This document shows positions 25,662 through 36,647 of a stretch of DNA of 42,183 nt, piece after piece; position 1 is the stretch's first letter, and each line of letters starts with the position of its first letter. The notes beneath the pieces were generated by a model. The model worked only from the letters and a program-made list of their open reading frames with translations. It had not been told where the DNA came from and ran no database searches. The position numbers and the translations under genes are program-made. The stretch is from Deltaproteobacteria bacterium (lineage in GTDB: Bacteria > Myxococcota > JACRCW01). The stretch is taken from assembly GCA_016218805.1 (NCBI GenBank), contig JACRCW010000031.1, positions 62,001 to 104,183 on the forward strand. Direction: 5' to 3'.

Positions 25662-26990
25662 ATGCCAACCGCCTCCAGCCACGTCGGGGAAGCCGGGGCA
25701 ACAGGCCAAGGGTTGCGCGCCGGGGTGCTGGCGCTGGGACTGTGCGTGGTGGCGGGCGGCGGGGTGCGGCTCTTCCAACAGGCGGGCGCATCCGGGGCGG
25801 TGGACTTCTACATGGCGTGGGCGGCGGTGACCCTCCGGCAGGAGGGCGCGGCGCTGGCTGAGGTGTACGACCCGACCCGATCGCCGGAGTTCAACCGCGT
25901 CCTGCAGGAGCGTGCGCGCGGTTCACCGTCCGCGCGGTGGCAGAAGGTGGCCGCGGTCCGGGATGACCTGGACAACTCCGGCACGCCGTTGTTGTACGCG
26001 GTGCTCTCCCCGTTGGTGGGGCCGGATTACGACGATAGCCTGGACCGGTACCGCGCCGTGTTGATGGTGGCGGGGGCTGCGGGCGTGCTGGCGTGGGGCA
26101 CGCTGGCGGGCCTGGACGTGCTGGCCGCGCTGCTGGTGCTGCTGGCGCTGCTGGAGTGGAGCGGGCCGCTGCGCGTGGACGTGGTGGTGGGCAACGTGGC
26201 CAGCCTGCAGCTGCTGGGCGGGGCGGTGGTGGCCGGGCTGCGGCGCCGCGCATCGCCGCTCATCCATGACGGGCTGGCGGGCCTGGTGCTGGCGCTGCTG
26301 GTGCTGTTCAAGCCCACCAACGCAGCCGCGGTGGCGGTCCTGCCGGTGGCGCACGCGCTGGTCCGGGGCGAACTGCGCTCCGTCACCCGTCTGGCCCTGG
26401 GCGGAGTGGCGGGGACGCTGCTGGGCGTGCTGGTGGGCGCGGCCTGGGGCGGCGGCCTGGGGGCGTGGGCCGCGTGGGCCGGGCGCCTGCCGTCATGGTG
26501 GGGGATCACCCGGTCGCTGGAGTTGGGCAACTTCTCCCCCGCCGTGGCGGCCGAATCCGTGCTGGGCGTGTCGCTGGGCGCGCCCATTGCCGGGCTGCTG
26601 CTGGTGGCGGTGGGAGCGCGCTTGTGGCGGGCGCGCGCGGTCCCCGGGCGGATGGCGGGCTCGCAGGCGGACCTGGCGTTGCTGGCGCTGGGGTGGCTGG
26701 TGCCGCTGCTGACCTCGCGGTTGGTGTGGTTCCACTACCTGGTGCTGGCAACACCGGCACTGCTGTTCCTGCTGGCGCGCGCCCACCGCGCGGGAAGCGG
26801 CCTGGTGGCGCTGGCCACCTCCCTGGTGCTGTTGCACCTCCCGCTGCAGCTGTTCCTCACGGACATCACCCTGCTGGTCATTGCCACGCTGGCGGCCAAC
26901 GCGCTGCTGGCGGCGGCGCTGCTGTCCGCCGTGGCTCCGCCCCCCTCCGTCACGGCGCGGACCGCCGCCGCGCCTCCAGATACGCCGTGA
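25662..26990 (+). CDS. Polytopic membrane protein, GT87/DUF2029 (GT-C) glycosyltransferase-like
   Basis: Many TM segments; 'DFY', 'GNV', 'LFKP', 'GNFS', 'WFHYL' motifs. Start 25647 or 25662; the longer ORF-track N-terminus is antisense to mltG. Confidence 0.7.
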   Translation: MPTASSHVGEAGATGQGLRAGVLALGLCVVAGGGVRLFQQAGASGAVDFYMAWAAVTLRQEGAALAEVYDPTRSPEFNRVLQERARGSPSARWQKVAAVRDDLDNSGTPLLYAVLSPLVGPDYDDSLDRYRAVLMVAGAAGVLAWGTLAGLDVLAALLVLLALLEWSGPLRVDVVVGNVASLQLLGGAVVAGLRRRASPLIHDGLAGLVLALLVLFKPTNAAAVAVLPVAHALVRGELRSVTRLALGGVAGTLLGVLVGAAWGGGLGAWAAWAGRLPSWWGITRSLELGNFSPAVAAESVLGVSLGAPIAGLLLVAVGARLWRARAVPGRMAGSQADLALLALGWLVPLLTSRLVWFHYLVLATPALLFLLARAHRAGSGLVALATSLVLLHLPLQLFLTDITLLVIATLAANALLAAALLSAVAPPPSVTARTAAAPPDTP

Positions 26991-27378
26991 GAATGGCCAC
27001 CGCGGCCGCGCGGTCCACGTCGCCCTTTTCCCGCCGCCCCGCCTTCACGTGCCCCAGCGCGGCCTCCCCGTCCACGGAGGAGCCCCACTCGTCCTGGTAG
27101 TCCACGTCAATTCCCCGGGCGCGGAGCGCGTCACCCAGGCGCCGCGCGCGCGCGGCGGAAGCGCTCTCAGTCCCGTCCGCATGCGCGGGGAGTCCCACAA
27201 TGACCCCGCCCGCCTCTTCCGCGCTGCACAGCGCGGCCACGGCCTCCGCGTCCCGGAACGGGCCGCGGGCCTCCAGCGTGCTCAGCGGATGCGCCAGCAG
27301 TCCCGCATGGTCAGAGACCGCCACGCCAATCCGGCGCGCGCCCACGTCCAGCGCCAGGAGCCGCGCGGCGGTGAGCAC
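26950..27378 (-). CDS. ruvX: YqgF/RuvX family nuclease (pre-16S rRNA processing)
   Basis: 'LLALDVGARRIGVAVSD', 'IVGLP', 'DE', 'VDRAAAVAIL'; upstream of mltG. Confidence 0.9.
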   Translation of the reverse strand: MLTAARLLALDVGARRIGVAVSDHAGLLAHPLSTLEARGPFRDAEAVAALCSAEEAGGVIVGLPAHADGTESASAARARRLGDALRARGIDVDYQDEWGSSVDGEAALGHVKAGRREKGDVDRAAAVAILTAYLEARRRSAP

Positions 27379-27382
27379 GTGG

Positions 27383-28516
27383 TCAGCTGCTCGCCCGGGC
27401 CTGCTCGCCCTCGGACTCATCGGCCTCGCGCAGCAGGTCCTGCATGCGCCGCAGGCTCTGTTCCGTCTTGCCCACCCACACGTTCTGCGCCCCCGTGCGG
27501 CGCGCCATCTGCACCGTGTTCTCCCAGACCTTGATCGCCTTACGGACCAGCACCGCCACCTTGCGGCGCATCTCCTTGCGGTACAGGTCCGCCTGCTCCT
27601 CCGTGAGGTCCGGCGGGACGGGGAGCTTCACCATCTCGTCGTGGAGGTCCTCGTACAGCGTGCCCACCTTGTAGCCGGCGGCGGACGCCCAGCCGGCGTG
27701 CCCGGTGCGGATCACCTGCAGGAACTTGTACTGCGCCCGCAGCAGCCGCTGGCACTTCTCCTCCAGCTGCTCGGCCACCTTCTCCTCGCCGCCCGCCGCG
27801 GGGAGCGTCAGGTGGAAGTCATTGAACTCGGCGCGTTCAATCTCGCCCAGGTAGAACAGCGCCTGCGCGTAGAAGTAGCTGTTGTCCATGCGCCGGTCCT
27901 TCTCCTCGGCGCGGTGTACCTTCACGGCCTCCTGGAAGCGGTACTCCGCGGTGGCCCGGTCCCCCGTCATGAAGTACCCAATGCCGGAGTCCACCATGGC
28001 CTCAATCTGGTCCTGCGCATCCAGCTCGCGCTCCTCCAACAGCGCGTCAAACAGCGTGATGACGTCCCGGTAACGCCCCAGCATGGCCAGCACGCTGCCG
28101 CGCTTGAAGGTGGCGTCCAGCTGGTTCTTGGGGTCCTTCTCATCAGCCAGGTAGCGGTCAAACTGCGCCAGCGCGCTCTGCGGGTCCCCGCTCTCCATCA
28201 GGCACACGCCCAGGTTGTAATGCGCGGGGTGCGCCAGCGCGCTGTCGGGGAACTCGTCCACCAGCTTCTGGAAGTAGACCCGCGCATCCGCGTGGTAGCG
28301 GTTGTCCAGGAACTCCGTGCCGCGCGTGAACAGGATGTCCGCGTCGTAGAACTCCAGGGCATCCGGCGTATCCGGCTTGGCCACCACCTTGACGGGGTCC
28401 GCCTTCACCACCGGCGGCTCCGGCGCCACCGCGGGGGAACCGGCCGGGCGCGCCGTGGCACAACCCACCGCCAGCGGCGCCAGCACAACCAGGCAGCGAG
28501 AGAAACACGCGCGCAT
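27383..28516 (-). CDS. TPR lipoprotein
   Basis: GGAGG RBS; lipobox 'AVGC'; TPR repeats ('YFQKLVDEFPDS…AHYNLGVC'). Confidence 0.8.
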   Translation of the reverse strand: MRACFSRCLVVLAPLAVGCATARPAGSPAVAPEPPVVKADPVKVVAKPDTPDALEFYDADILFTRGTEFLDNRYHADARVYFQKLVDEFPDSALAHPAHYNLGVCLMESGDPQSALAQFDRYLADEKDPKNQLDATFKRGSVLAMLGRYRDVITLFDALLEERELDAQDQIEAMVDSGIGYFMTGDRATAEYRFQEAVKVHRAEEKDRRMDNSYFYAQALFYLGEIERAEFNDFHLTLPAAGGEEKVAEQLEEKCQRLLRAQYKFLQVIRTGHAGWASAAGYKVGTLYEDLHDEMVKLPVPPDLTEEQADLYRKEMRRKVAVLVRKAIKVWENTVQMARRTGAQNVWVGKTEQSLRRMQDLLREADESEGEQARASS

Positions 28517-28651
28517 GCCACCTCCACTCCGGGATGCTCCGGATGCTAGCAGATGGGACGCCACGCGCCGGCTGCGGGTTCCCCGCCGGATGACCGATGT
28601 GGGACGCGGTGCGACGTGCGCGGGATGGGTAGCGGTCCATCCATGAGGAGG

Positions 28652-28687
28652 AATGGGTCCGCAGCCGGCGGGGACGCCGGCCCCACA
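28652..28687 (-). repeat. REP-like element, copy 2
   Basis: 34/36 identical to 23146-23181; 24-bp core GCCGGCGGGGACGCCGGCCCCACA identical; intergenic. Confidence 0.75.
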
Positions 28688-28718
28688 TCCACTCTGCTCT
28701 GCCCAGGTTGACCCCAGT

Positions 28719-29885
28719 TCAGCGCCGCTTGCCCGCGGCGGGCTTCTTCTTGGCCACCTTCTTCTTCGCCGGGGCGGGCTTGCGCGTCTTACCCGGTGGG
28801 CGGCGCACCGTGGCCCCCGTGGGCGTGTGCGGCCGGCGCGGCACCAGCCCGGCCAGCGCGCGCGGGTCCGGGGGCATCTCCGTGGGCAAACGCATCCCCG
28901 GCCGCGCAAACAGCGCAAACGGCACCGCCGCCATCACACCGGACACTGTGGCCTCGTCACCACTGCAGCCGCCGGGGATGTGCGCACGGATGGGGGGCGT
29001 GCCCTGGATGTGGATCTCGTCGCGCGCGTTCTCGCTGCCCGCGGCAATCTCCAAGTGGTAGCTGATGCGCTCCACCCCGTCGACGTAGCCGCGCGCCCGC
29101 TGGGTGGCGCCGCGGATCTGGCCGCGCTCCAGCAGGCCCACGGGCGTCTTCATCGTCTCGCGCGCCACCACGGGGACAATGGACTCCCGGTAGTCTGACA
29201 GGGTCCAGTTGAGGCCGCGCGCCACCAGGTCCATGGAGTCCCGCAGGCCCACGTGGCCCACGCCGGCCTCCAGCGCCAGCTCTGCAAACAGCGTGGGGCT
29301 CATCGCCGCGCCCATCTTGGTCAACAGCTGCGGGCGCCGCAGGTTGGCGTCCACCACGCGCGTGCACTCCACGTGCGTGATGTCCCGCGTCACCTGGCAC
29401 AGCGTCAGCACCAGCCGGTCCAGCACAAACCCCGGGTTCACGCCCGCGGCAATGACAACCACGCCCCGCCGCTTGCACGCCTCGTCAATGGCGCGCGCCC
29501 CGGCCAGATCATGAATCACCGGGTTGGCCAGTTCCTCAGCGGTGGAGACCACCGAACAGCCGTGGTTCACCAGGTTGAGGATGTCCTCTTCAATCTCCGC
29601 CATCCGGCTGGAGGTGCACAGGACCGCCAGCTGCGGCCGGTGGCGCCGCAGCGCTTCCTCCAGTTCGCTGCCCACCACCACGCCCCAGGTGTCCTCACCC
29701 AGGATGCGGCCCAAGTCCTTGCCGGCGCGCCCCGGGGACGGATCCACCGCGCCCACCAGGTCCACCAGGTCTGACCGCCGCAGAGCCGCGGCAACGGAAA
29801 GCCCAATGGGCCCCAGCCCTATGACGAGCGTGGTGGCAGGGATCCGCGTGGTGGGATGGTCAGCGTCTTTCCGGTGCATGCGCAT
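28719..29885 (-). CDS. NAD(P)-dependent amine dehydrogenase / 2,4-diaminopentanoate dehydrogenase-like protein
   Basis: Rossmann 'IGLGPIG', 'VVSTAEEL', 'GVNPGFVLD', 'GHVGLRDS', 'GDEAT'; Lys-rich tail. Confidence 0.8.
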   Translation of the reverse strand: MRMHRKDADHPTTRIPATTLVIGLGPIGLSVAAALRRSDLVDLVGAVDPSPGRAGKDLGRILGEDTWGVVVGSELEEALRRHRPQLAVLCTSSRMAEIEEDILNLVNHGCSVVSTAEELANPVIHDLAGARAIDEACKRRGVVVIAAGVNPGFVLDRLVLTLCQVTRDITHVECTRVVDANLRRPQLLTKMGAAMSPTLFAELALEAGVGHVGLRDSMDLVARGLNWTLSDYRESIVPVVARETMKTPVGLLERGQIRGATQRARGYVDGVERISYHLEIAAGSENARDEIHIQGTPPIRAHIPGGCSGDEATVSGVMAAVPFALFARPGMRLPTEMPPDPRALAGLVPRRPHTPTGATVRRPPGKTRKPAPAKKKVAKKKPAAGKRR

Positions 29886-29954
29886 GGGTGCCAGGTGCGG
29901 TCTCCGACGGGAGCCCGAGAAGGGGCGGCTGACTACAACCGACGGGGTGGCCGC

Positions 29955-30476
29955 TCAAGGGGGCGGGCCGGGTGGGGGCTCCCCGCGGCCGACGCAGGCC
30001 CCCTGCTCGCACCACAGGCCGCAGCAGCTGAGGCCGCGCCCGGAACACGGCTCCCCCTCGGGCCGGCAGTCCGCCCAGCCGCCGTGCTCGCCGCAGGTGA
30101 AGGAGCACGCCTCCTCGGCCGCGGTGCAGTTGCCGTTGTCACAGAAACCGCTGTGCAGGACGGTCCCGTCGCCACAGCGGCAGTCCGTGGCGGGGCACTC
30201 GGCGTGGTCCAGGCAGGGAGCCAGTCCCGCGTCCCCGCGGGTCCACCCGCCAAAGGCGGAACACGCATCCGTGCACGCTTCCTCGTCCGTGGTGCAGCGG
30301 AACTGGATGCAATGGCGCGCGGAGATGCGCGTACCGTCGCCGCATGCGCAACCGTGCGGCCGGCATTCCGTGTCGCTTTCGCACGGGGGGCCGCTGGCGT
30401 GGGAGGGGATGTCATCACGCACGCAGGACACCAGGAGGACCGTGAGGACTCCCGCGCCCGCGTGGAGCGGGGTCAC
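29955..30476 (-). CDS. Cys-rich repeat lipoprotein
   Basis: Lipobox 'LVSC'; two 48-aa 8-Cys modules and a 6-Cys C-terminal motif; start overlaps the merR stop. Confidence 0.7.
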   Translation of the reverse strand: MTPLHAGAGVLTVLLVSCVRDDIPSHASGPPCESDTECRPHGCACGDGTRISARHCIQFRCTTDEEACTDACSAFGGWTRGDAGLAPCLDHAECPATDCRCGDGTVLHSGFCDNGNCTAAEEACSFTCGEHGGWADCRPEGEPCSGRGLSCCGLWCEQGACVGRGEPPPGPPP

Positions 30477-30976
30477 GCCTGCGGTCCCTCGCCGTCAGAC
30501 CGGACCAGCAGGCCCGCCAGACCGCTGGCCTTGGCCACGCGCCCGTTGTCGCACTGCGTGCAGTGCACCGGGTGCCCCAGGTCCGGGCACACCTTGCACT
30601 TCTCCATGATGTCCCGCGCCACCGTGAGGTCCTTCTCCACGCGCTGCAGCGTGGCAATGCGCTCGCGCAGGTCATTGAGCTGCCCGTCCATCAGCGCAAT
30701 GGCGCCGGCCAGGCGGGCGTTGCCGTCCATCTCATGCATGTGCACATTCAGCACTTCAGCAACCTGCTCCAGGGACAGGCCCACCGCGCGCAGGTCTGAA
30801 ATGGTCCGCAGGCGCTCCAGGTCCTTCTCGCCGAACAGACGGTGGGCCCCGTGCCGACGTGGGGCCGGGGCCAAAAGGCCCAGCTCCTCGTAGTAACGCA
30901 CCGTCCGGAGAGTATTGCCGGTCAGACGCGCGAGATCCCCCGTCGTGTACAGGCCCGTTCCATCGTCGTTCCGCAT
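30473..30976 (-). CDS. MerR-family transcriptional regulator with C-terminal CxxC-x8-CxxC
   Basis: 'YTTGDLARLTGNTLRTVRYYEELGLL…HRLF…GLSLEQV'; tail 'CKVCPDLGHPVHCTQC'; AGGAG RBS. Confidence 0.9.
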   Translation of the reverse strand: MRNDDGTGLYTTGDLARLTGNTLRTVRYYEELGLLAPAPRRHGAHRLFGEKDLERLRTISDLRAVGLSLEQVAEVLNVHMHEMDGNARLAGAIALMDGQLNDLRERIATLQRVEKDLTVARDIMEKCKVCPDLGHPVHCTQCDNGRVAKASGLAGLLVRSDGEGPQA

Positions 30977-31056
30977 GTTTCACTCCTGCGGTAGAGGGTC
31001 GCCCCCAAGATGGCCCCGCAGACTGCGGGTGGCGAAGGCCAGACCCTACGTCGCGG

Positions 31057-31085
31057 AACATATGGCGATGCACAATCACTTACAA
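31057..31085 (-). promoter_or_regulatory. Putative sigma70-type promoter for the downstream merR gene
   Basis: Minus strand TTGTAA (31085-31080), 17-nt spacer, TATGTT (31062-31057), in an AT-rich patch. Confidence 0.5.
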
Positions 31086-31101
31086 CGAGCTGAAAACGTG
31101 T

Positions 31102-31422
31102 TCAGCCGTGGCCTTCGCTCACCAGGTTGCGGCTGTGGCGCGGGATCTCCACGGTGACGTCGGCGCGCACGCGCGCCTGGCAGCCCAGGCGGCTGTGGGG
31201 GGTGAGGCCCACCGCCTCGTCCAGCTGGTCCTCTTCCTCGTCCGTGGCGTCCGGGAGGGAGTCATAACCCTGTGCGACGATCACGTGGCAGGTGGAGCAG
31301 GCGCACGCGCCGCCGCACGCGTGGTCCAGGGCCACGCCCGCCTTGGTGGCGGCCTCCAGGATGGAGGTCCCCGGCTCGACGTCAATCGCAGTGCCAGAAG
31401 GGAGGAAGGTGATGCGGGGCAT
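31102..31422 (-). CDS. fdx: ISC-type [2Fe-2S] ferredoxin
   Basis: 'HACGGACACSTCHV…SRLGCQA'. Confidence 0.95.
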   Translation of the reverse strand: MPRITFLPSGTAIDVEPGTSILEAATKAGVALDHACGGACACSTCHVIVAQGYDSLPDATDEEEDQLDEAVGLTPHSRLGCQARVRADVTVEIPRHSRNLVSEGHG

Positions 31423-31427
31423 GGGGC

Positions 31428-33257
<1,830 letters not shown>

Positions 33258-33280
33258 CCGCTGCTCCGTCGCCGTCACGG

Positions 33281-33895
33281 TCACTGCACGTGCACAGCGT
33301 GCTCGCGCTGGCCCTGCAGGTCTTCCCACAGGCGCGTGAGGTAGCGGACCCTTGTCACAAGGGCGCCCAGCGGCGCCACCCGCGCCGCATCACGCAGCGC
33401 CTGCTCCCGCTCCAGCTCACCAAAGCGCCGCTCCAGGTCCGTCAGCAGCCCCGCCCGCGCGCTGCCCACCTGTTCCACCAGGGCACGGCGCACGTCGTCG
33501 CCCTGCTCGGCGCGCTCGCGTGTTTCCATGAGGTCCGCCAGCAGCGTGGGGTCCGCGCGGTGATCCGGGGTCACGCCAGCCAGCCTGAGCAGCGCCAGCG
33601 CGCGCGCCTCCACGTCCCTGAGCGTGCGGTGCGCCTCGGTGAGGGCCGCGGTGCGCTCCACGGCAATGCGGCGCTCCTTGTCTGACGCGCGCGCCAACCG
33701 GTCAGGATGCACCGCCATGGAACGGCGCCGGAATGCTGCGTCCAGGGCTTCCGCCGTGAGGGCGTAGGAAGTGGGGAGGCCCAGCACGTCAAAGGGCGAA
33801 GCCCCCGCCGGCAGCGGCAGCAGCGCGCGGCAGCCCTGACAGCGCGGCTCGGCCACCGGGTCGGTGGTGGCGTCACAGTGCGGGCACTTCGTCAT
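33281..33895 (-). CDS. hscB: Co-chaperone HscB (J-domain) with N-terminal tetracysteine motif
   Basis: 'CPHC…CQGC' followed by a J-domain with 'HPD'; between iscA and hscA. Confidence 0.9.
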   Translation of the reverse strand: MTKCPHCDATTDPVAEPRCQGCRALLPLPAGASPFDVLGLPTSYALTAEALDAAFRRRSMAVHPDRLARASDKERRIAVERTAALTEAHRTLRDVEARALALLRLAGVTPDHRADPTLLADLMETRERAEQGDDVRRALVEQVGSARAGLLTDLERRFGELEREQALRDAARVAPLGALVTRVRYLTRLWEDLQGQREHAVHVQ

Positions 33896-33902
33896 GGGGC
33901 CT

Positions 33903-34328
33903 TCAGATCGCGAAGGACTCGCCGCACGAGCAGGCCTTCTTGGAGTTGGGGTTGATGAACTTCCACCCGGCCTGCAGGCCCTGGCCAAAGTCCAGCTGCG
34001 TGCCCCCCAGGTACAGCAGGCTCTTCTTGTCCACGACCACCTTCACGCCGTGGAACTCCATCTCCACGTCGTGCTGGTCCATGCGGCGCGCCACGTCAAT
34101 GTGGTAGCTCATCCCGGAGCAGCCGCCGCCCTGCACCGCCAGCCGCAGCCAAGTTTTGGCCGGGTCATCACCCTGCGCCTCCATGAGCTTGCGCGCCTGC
34201 CGGGCGGCGTTCTCCGTCAGCGTCACCGTGCGCGCCGGCGCGCTGGGCCGGGCCTGTTGCAGCGGTGCGGGGCGCGCCACGGCGCCCTTGTCCTGGTTCA
34301 ACACCGCCCCCAACGAAATGCCGGCCAT
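33903..34328 (-). CDS. iscA: A-type Fe-S carrier IscA
   Basis: 'GGGCSGMSY', 'NPNSKKACSCGESF'. Confidence 0.95.
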   Translation of the reverse strand: MAGISLGAVLNQDKGAVARPAPLQQARPSAPARTVTLTENAARQARKLMEAQGDDPAKTWLRLAVQGGGCSGMSYHIDVARRMDQHDVEMEFHGVKVVVDKKSLLYLGGTQLDFGQGLQAGWKFINPNSKKACSCGESFAI

Positions 34329-34343
34329 GTCCGTCTCCTGTCT

Positions 34344-34796
34344 TCAGGCGCCGCGCGCCGGGTCAAATGCCTCGCGCGCGTGGGCCTCGCCGGCGGTGCT
34401 CGGGGCCTGGATGGCCTCGCCCTTCTTCTTGCGGTAGTCCGCAATGGCCGCCTTGATGGCGTCTTCCGCCAGCACGCTGCAGTGGATCTTCACCGGCGGC
34501 AGGCTGAGTTCGCGGGCAATGTCCTGGTTCTTGATCTTCTCCGCCTCGTCCACGCTCTTGCCCTTCACCCACTCGGTGACCAGCGAGGACGACGCAATGG
34601 CCGACCCGCAGCCGAACGTCTTGAAGCGCGCATCCTCAATGATGCCGCTGTCACTGATGCGAATCTGCAGTTTCATGACGTCACCGCAGGCGGGCGCGCC
34701 CACCAGGCCGGTGCCCACGTTGGGGTCGTTCCGGTCCAGCGTCCCCACGTTGCGGGGGTTTTCATAGTGGTCAATGACCTTGGTGCTGTACGACAT
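34344..34796 (-). CDS. iscU: Fe-S scaffold IscU
   Basis: 'MSYSTKVIDHYENPRNVG', 'APACGDVM', 'FGCGSAIAS', 'LPPVKIHCS'. Confidence 0.97.
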   Translation of the reverse strand: MSYSTKVIDHYENPRNVGTLDRNDPNVGTGLVGAPACGDVMKLQIRISDSGIIEDARFKTFGCGSAIASSSLVTEWVKGKSVDEAEKIKNQDIARELSLPPVKIHCSVLAEDAIKAAIADYRKKKGEAIQAPSTAGEAHAREAFDPARGA

Positions 34797-34806
34797 GACT
34801 GACTCC

Positions 34807-36024
34807 TCAGTGGGCCGCCCACTGCACGGTGTTGGGATCAATTCCTTCCTGCACCATCTCCCACAGCGGAGAGAGCTCGCGCAGTTTGGCAACCTTGCGG
34901 ATGACCAGGTCCGCCACGAAGTCCACCTCCTCCTCCGTGTTGAACCGGCCGATGCCGAAGCGGATGGAGGAGTGCGCCAGGTCGTCGCCAATGCCCAGCG
35001 CGCGCAGCACGTAGGACGGCTCCAGGGACGCGCTGGTACACGCGCTGCCCGAGCTCACCGCCACGTCCTTGAGCGCCATCAGCATGCTCTCCCCCTCCCC
35101 GTAGGCAAATGAGAGGTTGAGGTTGCCCGGCAGGCGCTTCTCCGGGTGGCCGTTGAGGACCGCCTTGGGAACGGCAGCCTCAATCCTGGCGCGCAGGCGG
35201 TCCCGCATGCCCTTGATGCGCACCATCTCGGTGGGCATCTCCAGCCGCGCCAGTTCCGCCGCCGCCCCCAGCCCGACGATGCTGGGCACATTCAGCGTGC
35301 CCGACCGCAGGCCGCGCTCATGGCCGCCGCCGTCCATCTGCGGCGCCAGGCGCACGCGCGGCTTGCGGCGCACGTACAGCGCACCCACGCCCTTGGGGCC
35401 GTACATCTTGTGCGCGGTGATGCTGACCAGGTCCGCCTTCACCGCGTTGACGTCAAACGGCACCTTCCCCAGCCCCTGCACTGCGTCGGTATGGAAGTAG
35501 ATGCCGCGCTCGCGGCACAGCGCGCCAATCGCGCTGACGTCGTTGATCGTGCCAATCTCATTGTTGGCGAACATCACCGAGACCAGGATGGTGTCCGGCC
35601 GCAGCGCCGCCTGCACCTTGGCGGGGTCGATGAGACCGTCGCGGGCTGGGTCCAGGTAGGTCACCTCAAAGCCTTCGCGCTCCAGCGCGCGGCAGCTGTC
35701 CAGCACCGCCTTGTGCTCAATCTTGCTGGTGACCAGGTGCTTGCCCTTGTCCTTGAGGAACAGGGCGGAGCCCTTCACCGCCAGGTTGTTGGACTCCGTG
35801 GCGCCCGAGGTGAACACGATCTCCTTGGGGTCCGCACCGATGAGCGCCGCCACCTGTTCGCGCGCCTTTTCCACGGCCGCCTCCGCCGTCCACCCGAACG
35901 AGTGGTTGCGCGAGGCCGCGTTGCCGAACTTCTCCGTGAAGTACGGCAGCATCTGTTCCAGCACGCGCGGGTCCACCGGCGTGGTGGCGTGGTTGTCCAT
36001 GTAGATCGGCAGCTTCAGCGTCAT
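34807..36024 (-). CDS. iscS: Cysteine desulfurase IscS
   Basis: '[15 protein letters not shown]', '[10 protein letters not shown]', 'SSGSACTS', '[10 protein letters not shown]'. Confidence 0.97.
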   Translation of the reverse strand: MTLKLPIYMDNHATTPVDPRVLEQMLPYFTEKFGNAASRNHSFGWTAEAAVEKAREQVAALIGADPKEIVFTSGATESNNLAVKGSALFLKDKGKHLVTSKIEHKAVLDSCRALEREGFEVTYLDPARDGLIDPAKVQAALRPDTILVSVMFANNEIGTINDVSAIGALCRERGIYFHTDAVQGLGKVPFDVNAVKADLVSITAHKMYGPKGVGALYVRRKPRVRLAPQMDGGGHERGLRSGTLNVPSIVGLGAAAELARLEMPTEMVRIKGMRDRLRARIEAAVPKAVLNGHPEKRLPGNLNLSFAYGEGESMLMALKDVAVSSGSACTSASLEPSYVLRALGIGDDLAHSSIRFGIGRFNTEEEVDFVADLVIRKVAKLRELSPLWEMVQEGIDPNTVQWAAH

Positions 36025-36040
36025 GGCGTTGTTGTCTCCT

Positions 36041-36580
36041 TCACGTGCGGCGTCGGATGCCGTCCACCAGCGGCGGGGTTCGCGCGGGGTCGTGGCCGGG
36101 CTCCTCGCAGTGCGCGCAGACCAGGTTCACCGGGCCGCGGCTGCACTCCGAGCACTCCTCCAGGTAGCGCAGGCTGGCCACCAGCTCGCCCTCCAGCGCG
36201 CGCAGCCGCTCCATCTGCTCCCGCACGTCGGACAGCTTCCCCTCAAACACGCCGCGGACCCGCTTCATGGCCAGCTCGCCCGGCTCCGCGGCCGCGGCGG
36301 ACCCCACCAGCTCCACAATGGACGCCAGCGTGAATCCCAGGTCCTGCAGCTTGGCAATCCACCGGACCCGCTCAATGGCCGCCGGCCCGTACACGCGGAA
36401 CCCGCCCTGGGTGCGCTCGCCCGGAGTGAGCAGCCCCAGCTCTTCGTAGAGCCGCAGCGCCCGCACGGTGCGCCCGCTGGCCTTGGCCAGGTCACCGATC
36501 TTGAGCCGCGCCAGATCGGCGCCGGCCGGGCGCGGGGGGATTTCCCCAATCTGTGCAAGCGGTTGCAAAGCGATGTCCAT
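36041..36580 (-). CDS. MerR-family transcriptional regulator with C-terminal CxxC-x8-CxxC, first gene of the isc operon
   Basis: '[26 protein letters not shown]…GFRVY…LGFTLASI'; tail '[16 protein letters not shown]'; ends 16 nt before iscS. Confidence 0.9.
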   Translation of the reverse strand: MDIALQPLAQIGEIPPRPAGADLARLKIGDLAKASGRTVRALRLYEELGLLTPGERTQGGFRVYGPAAIERVRWIAKLQDLGFTLASIVELVGSAAAAEPGELAMKRVRGVFEGKLSDVREQMERLRALEGELVASLRYLEECSECSRGPVNLVCAHCEEPGHDPARTPPLVDGIRRRT

Positions 36581-36590
36581 AGGGCCACCC

Positions 36591-36616
36591 TGACTCTCAC
36601 GTGAACGTGAGGGTTA
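36591..36616. promoter_or_regulatory. Palindromic operator 1 (MerR-family-like)
   Basis: TGACTCTCACGT-GA-ACGTGAGGGTTA; arms 10/12 complementary; overlaps the -10 end and predicted TSS. Confidence 0.7.
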
Positions 36617-36643
36617 GATACGGGGCTGGGTGGACCCTGTCAA
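36615..36643 (-). promoter_or_regulatory. Putative sigma70 promoter of the merR-isc operon
   Basis: Minus strand TTGACA (36643-36638), 17 nt, TATCTA (36620-36615). Confidence 0.65.
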
Positions 36644-36647
36644 GCCA

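Noticed and set aside
31089..31106. GCTGAA-N6-TTCAGC hairpin at the fdx stop as a terminator
   Set aside because: 6-bp stem overlapping the stop codon with no clear U-tract.
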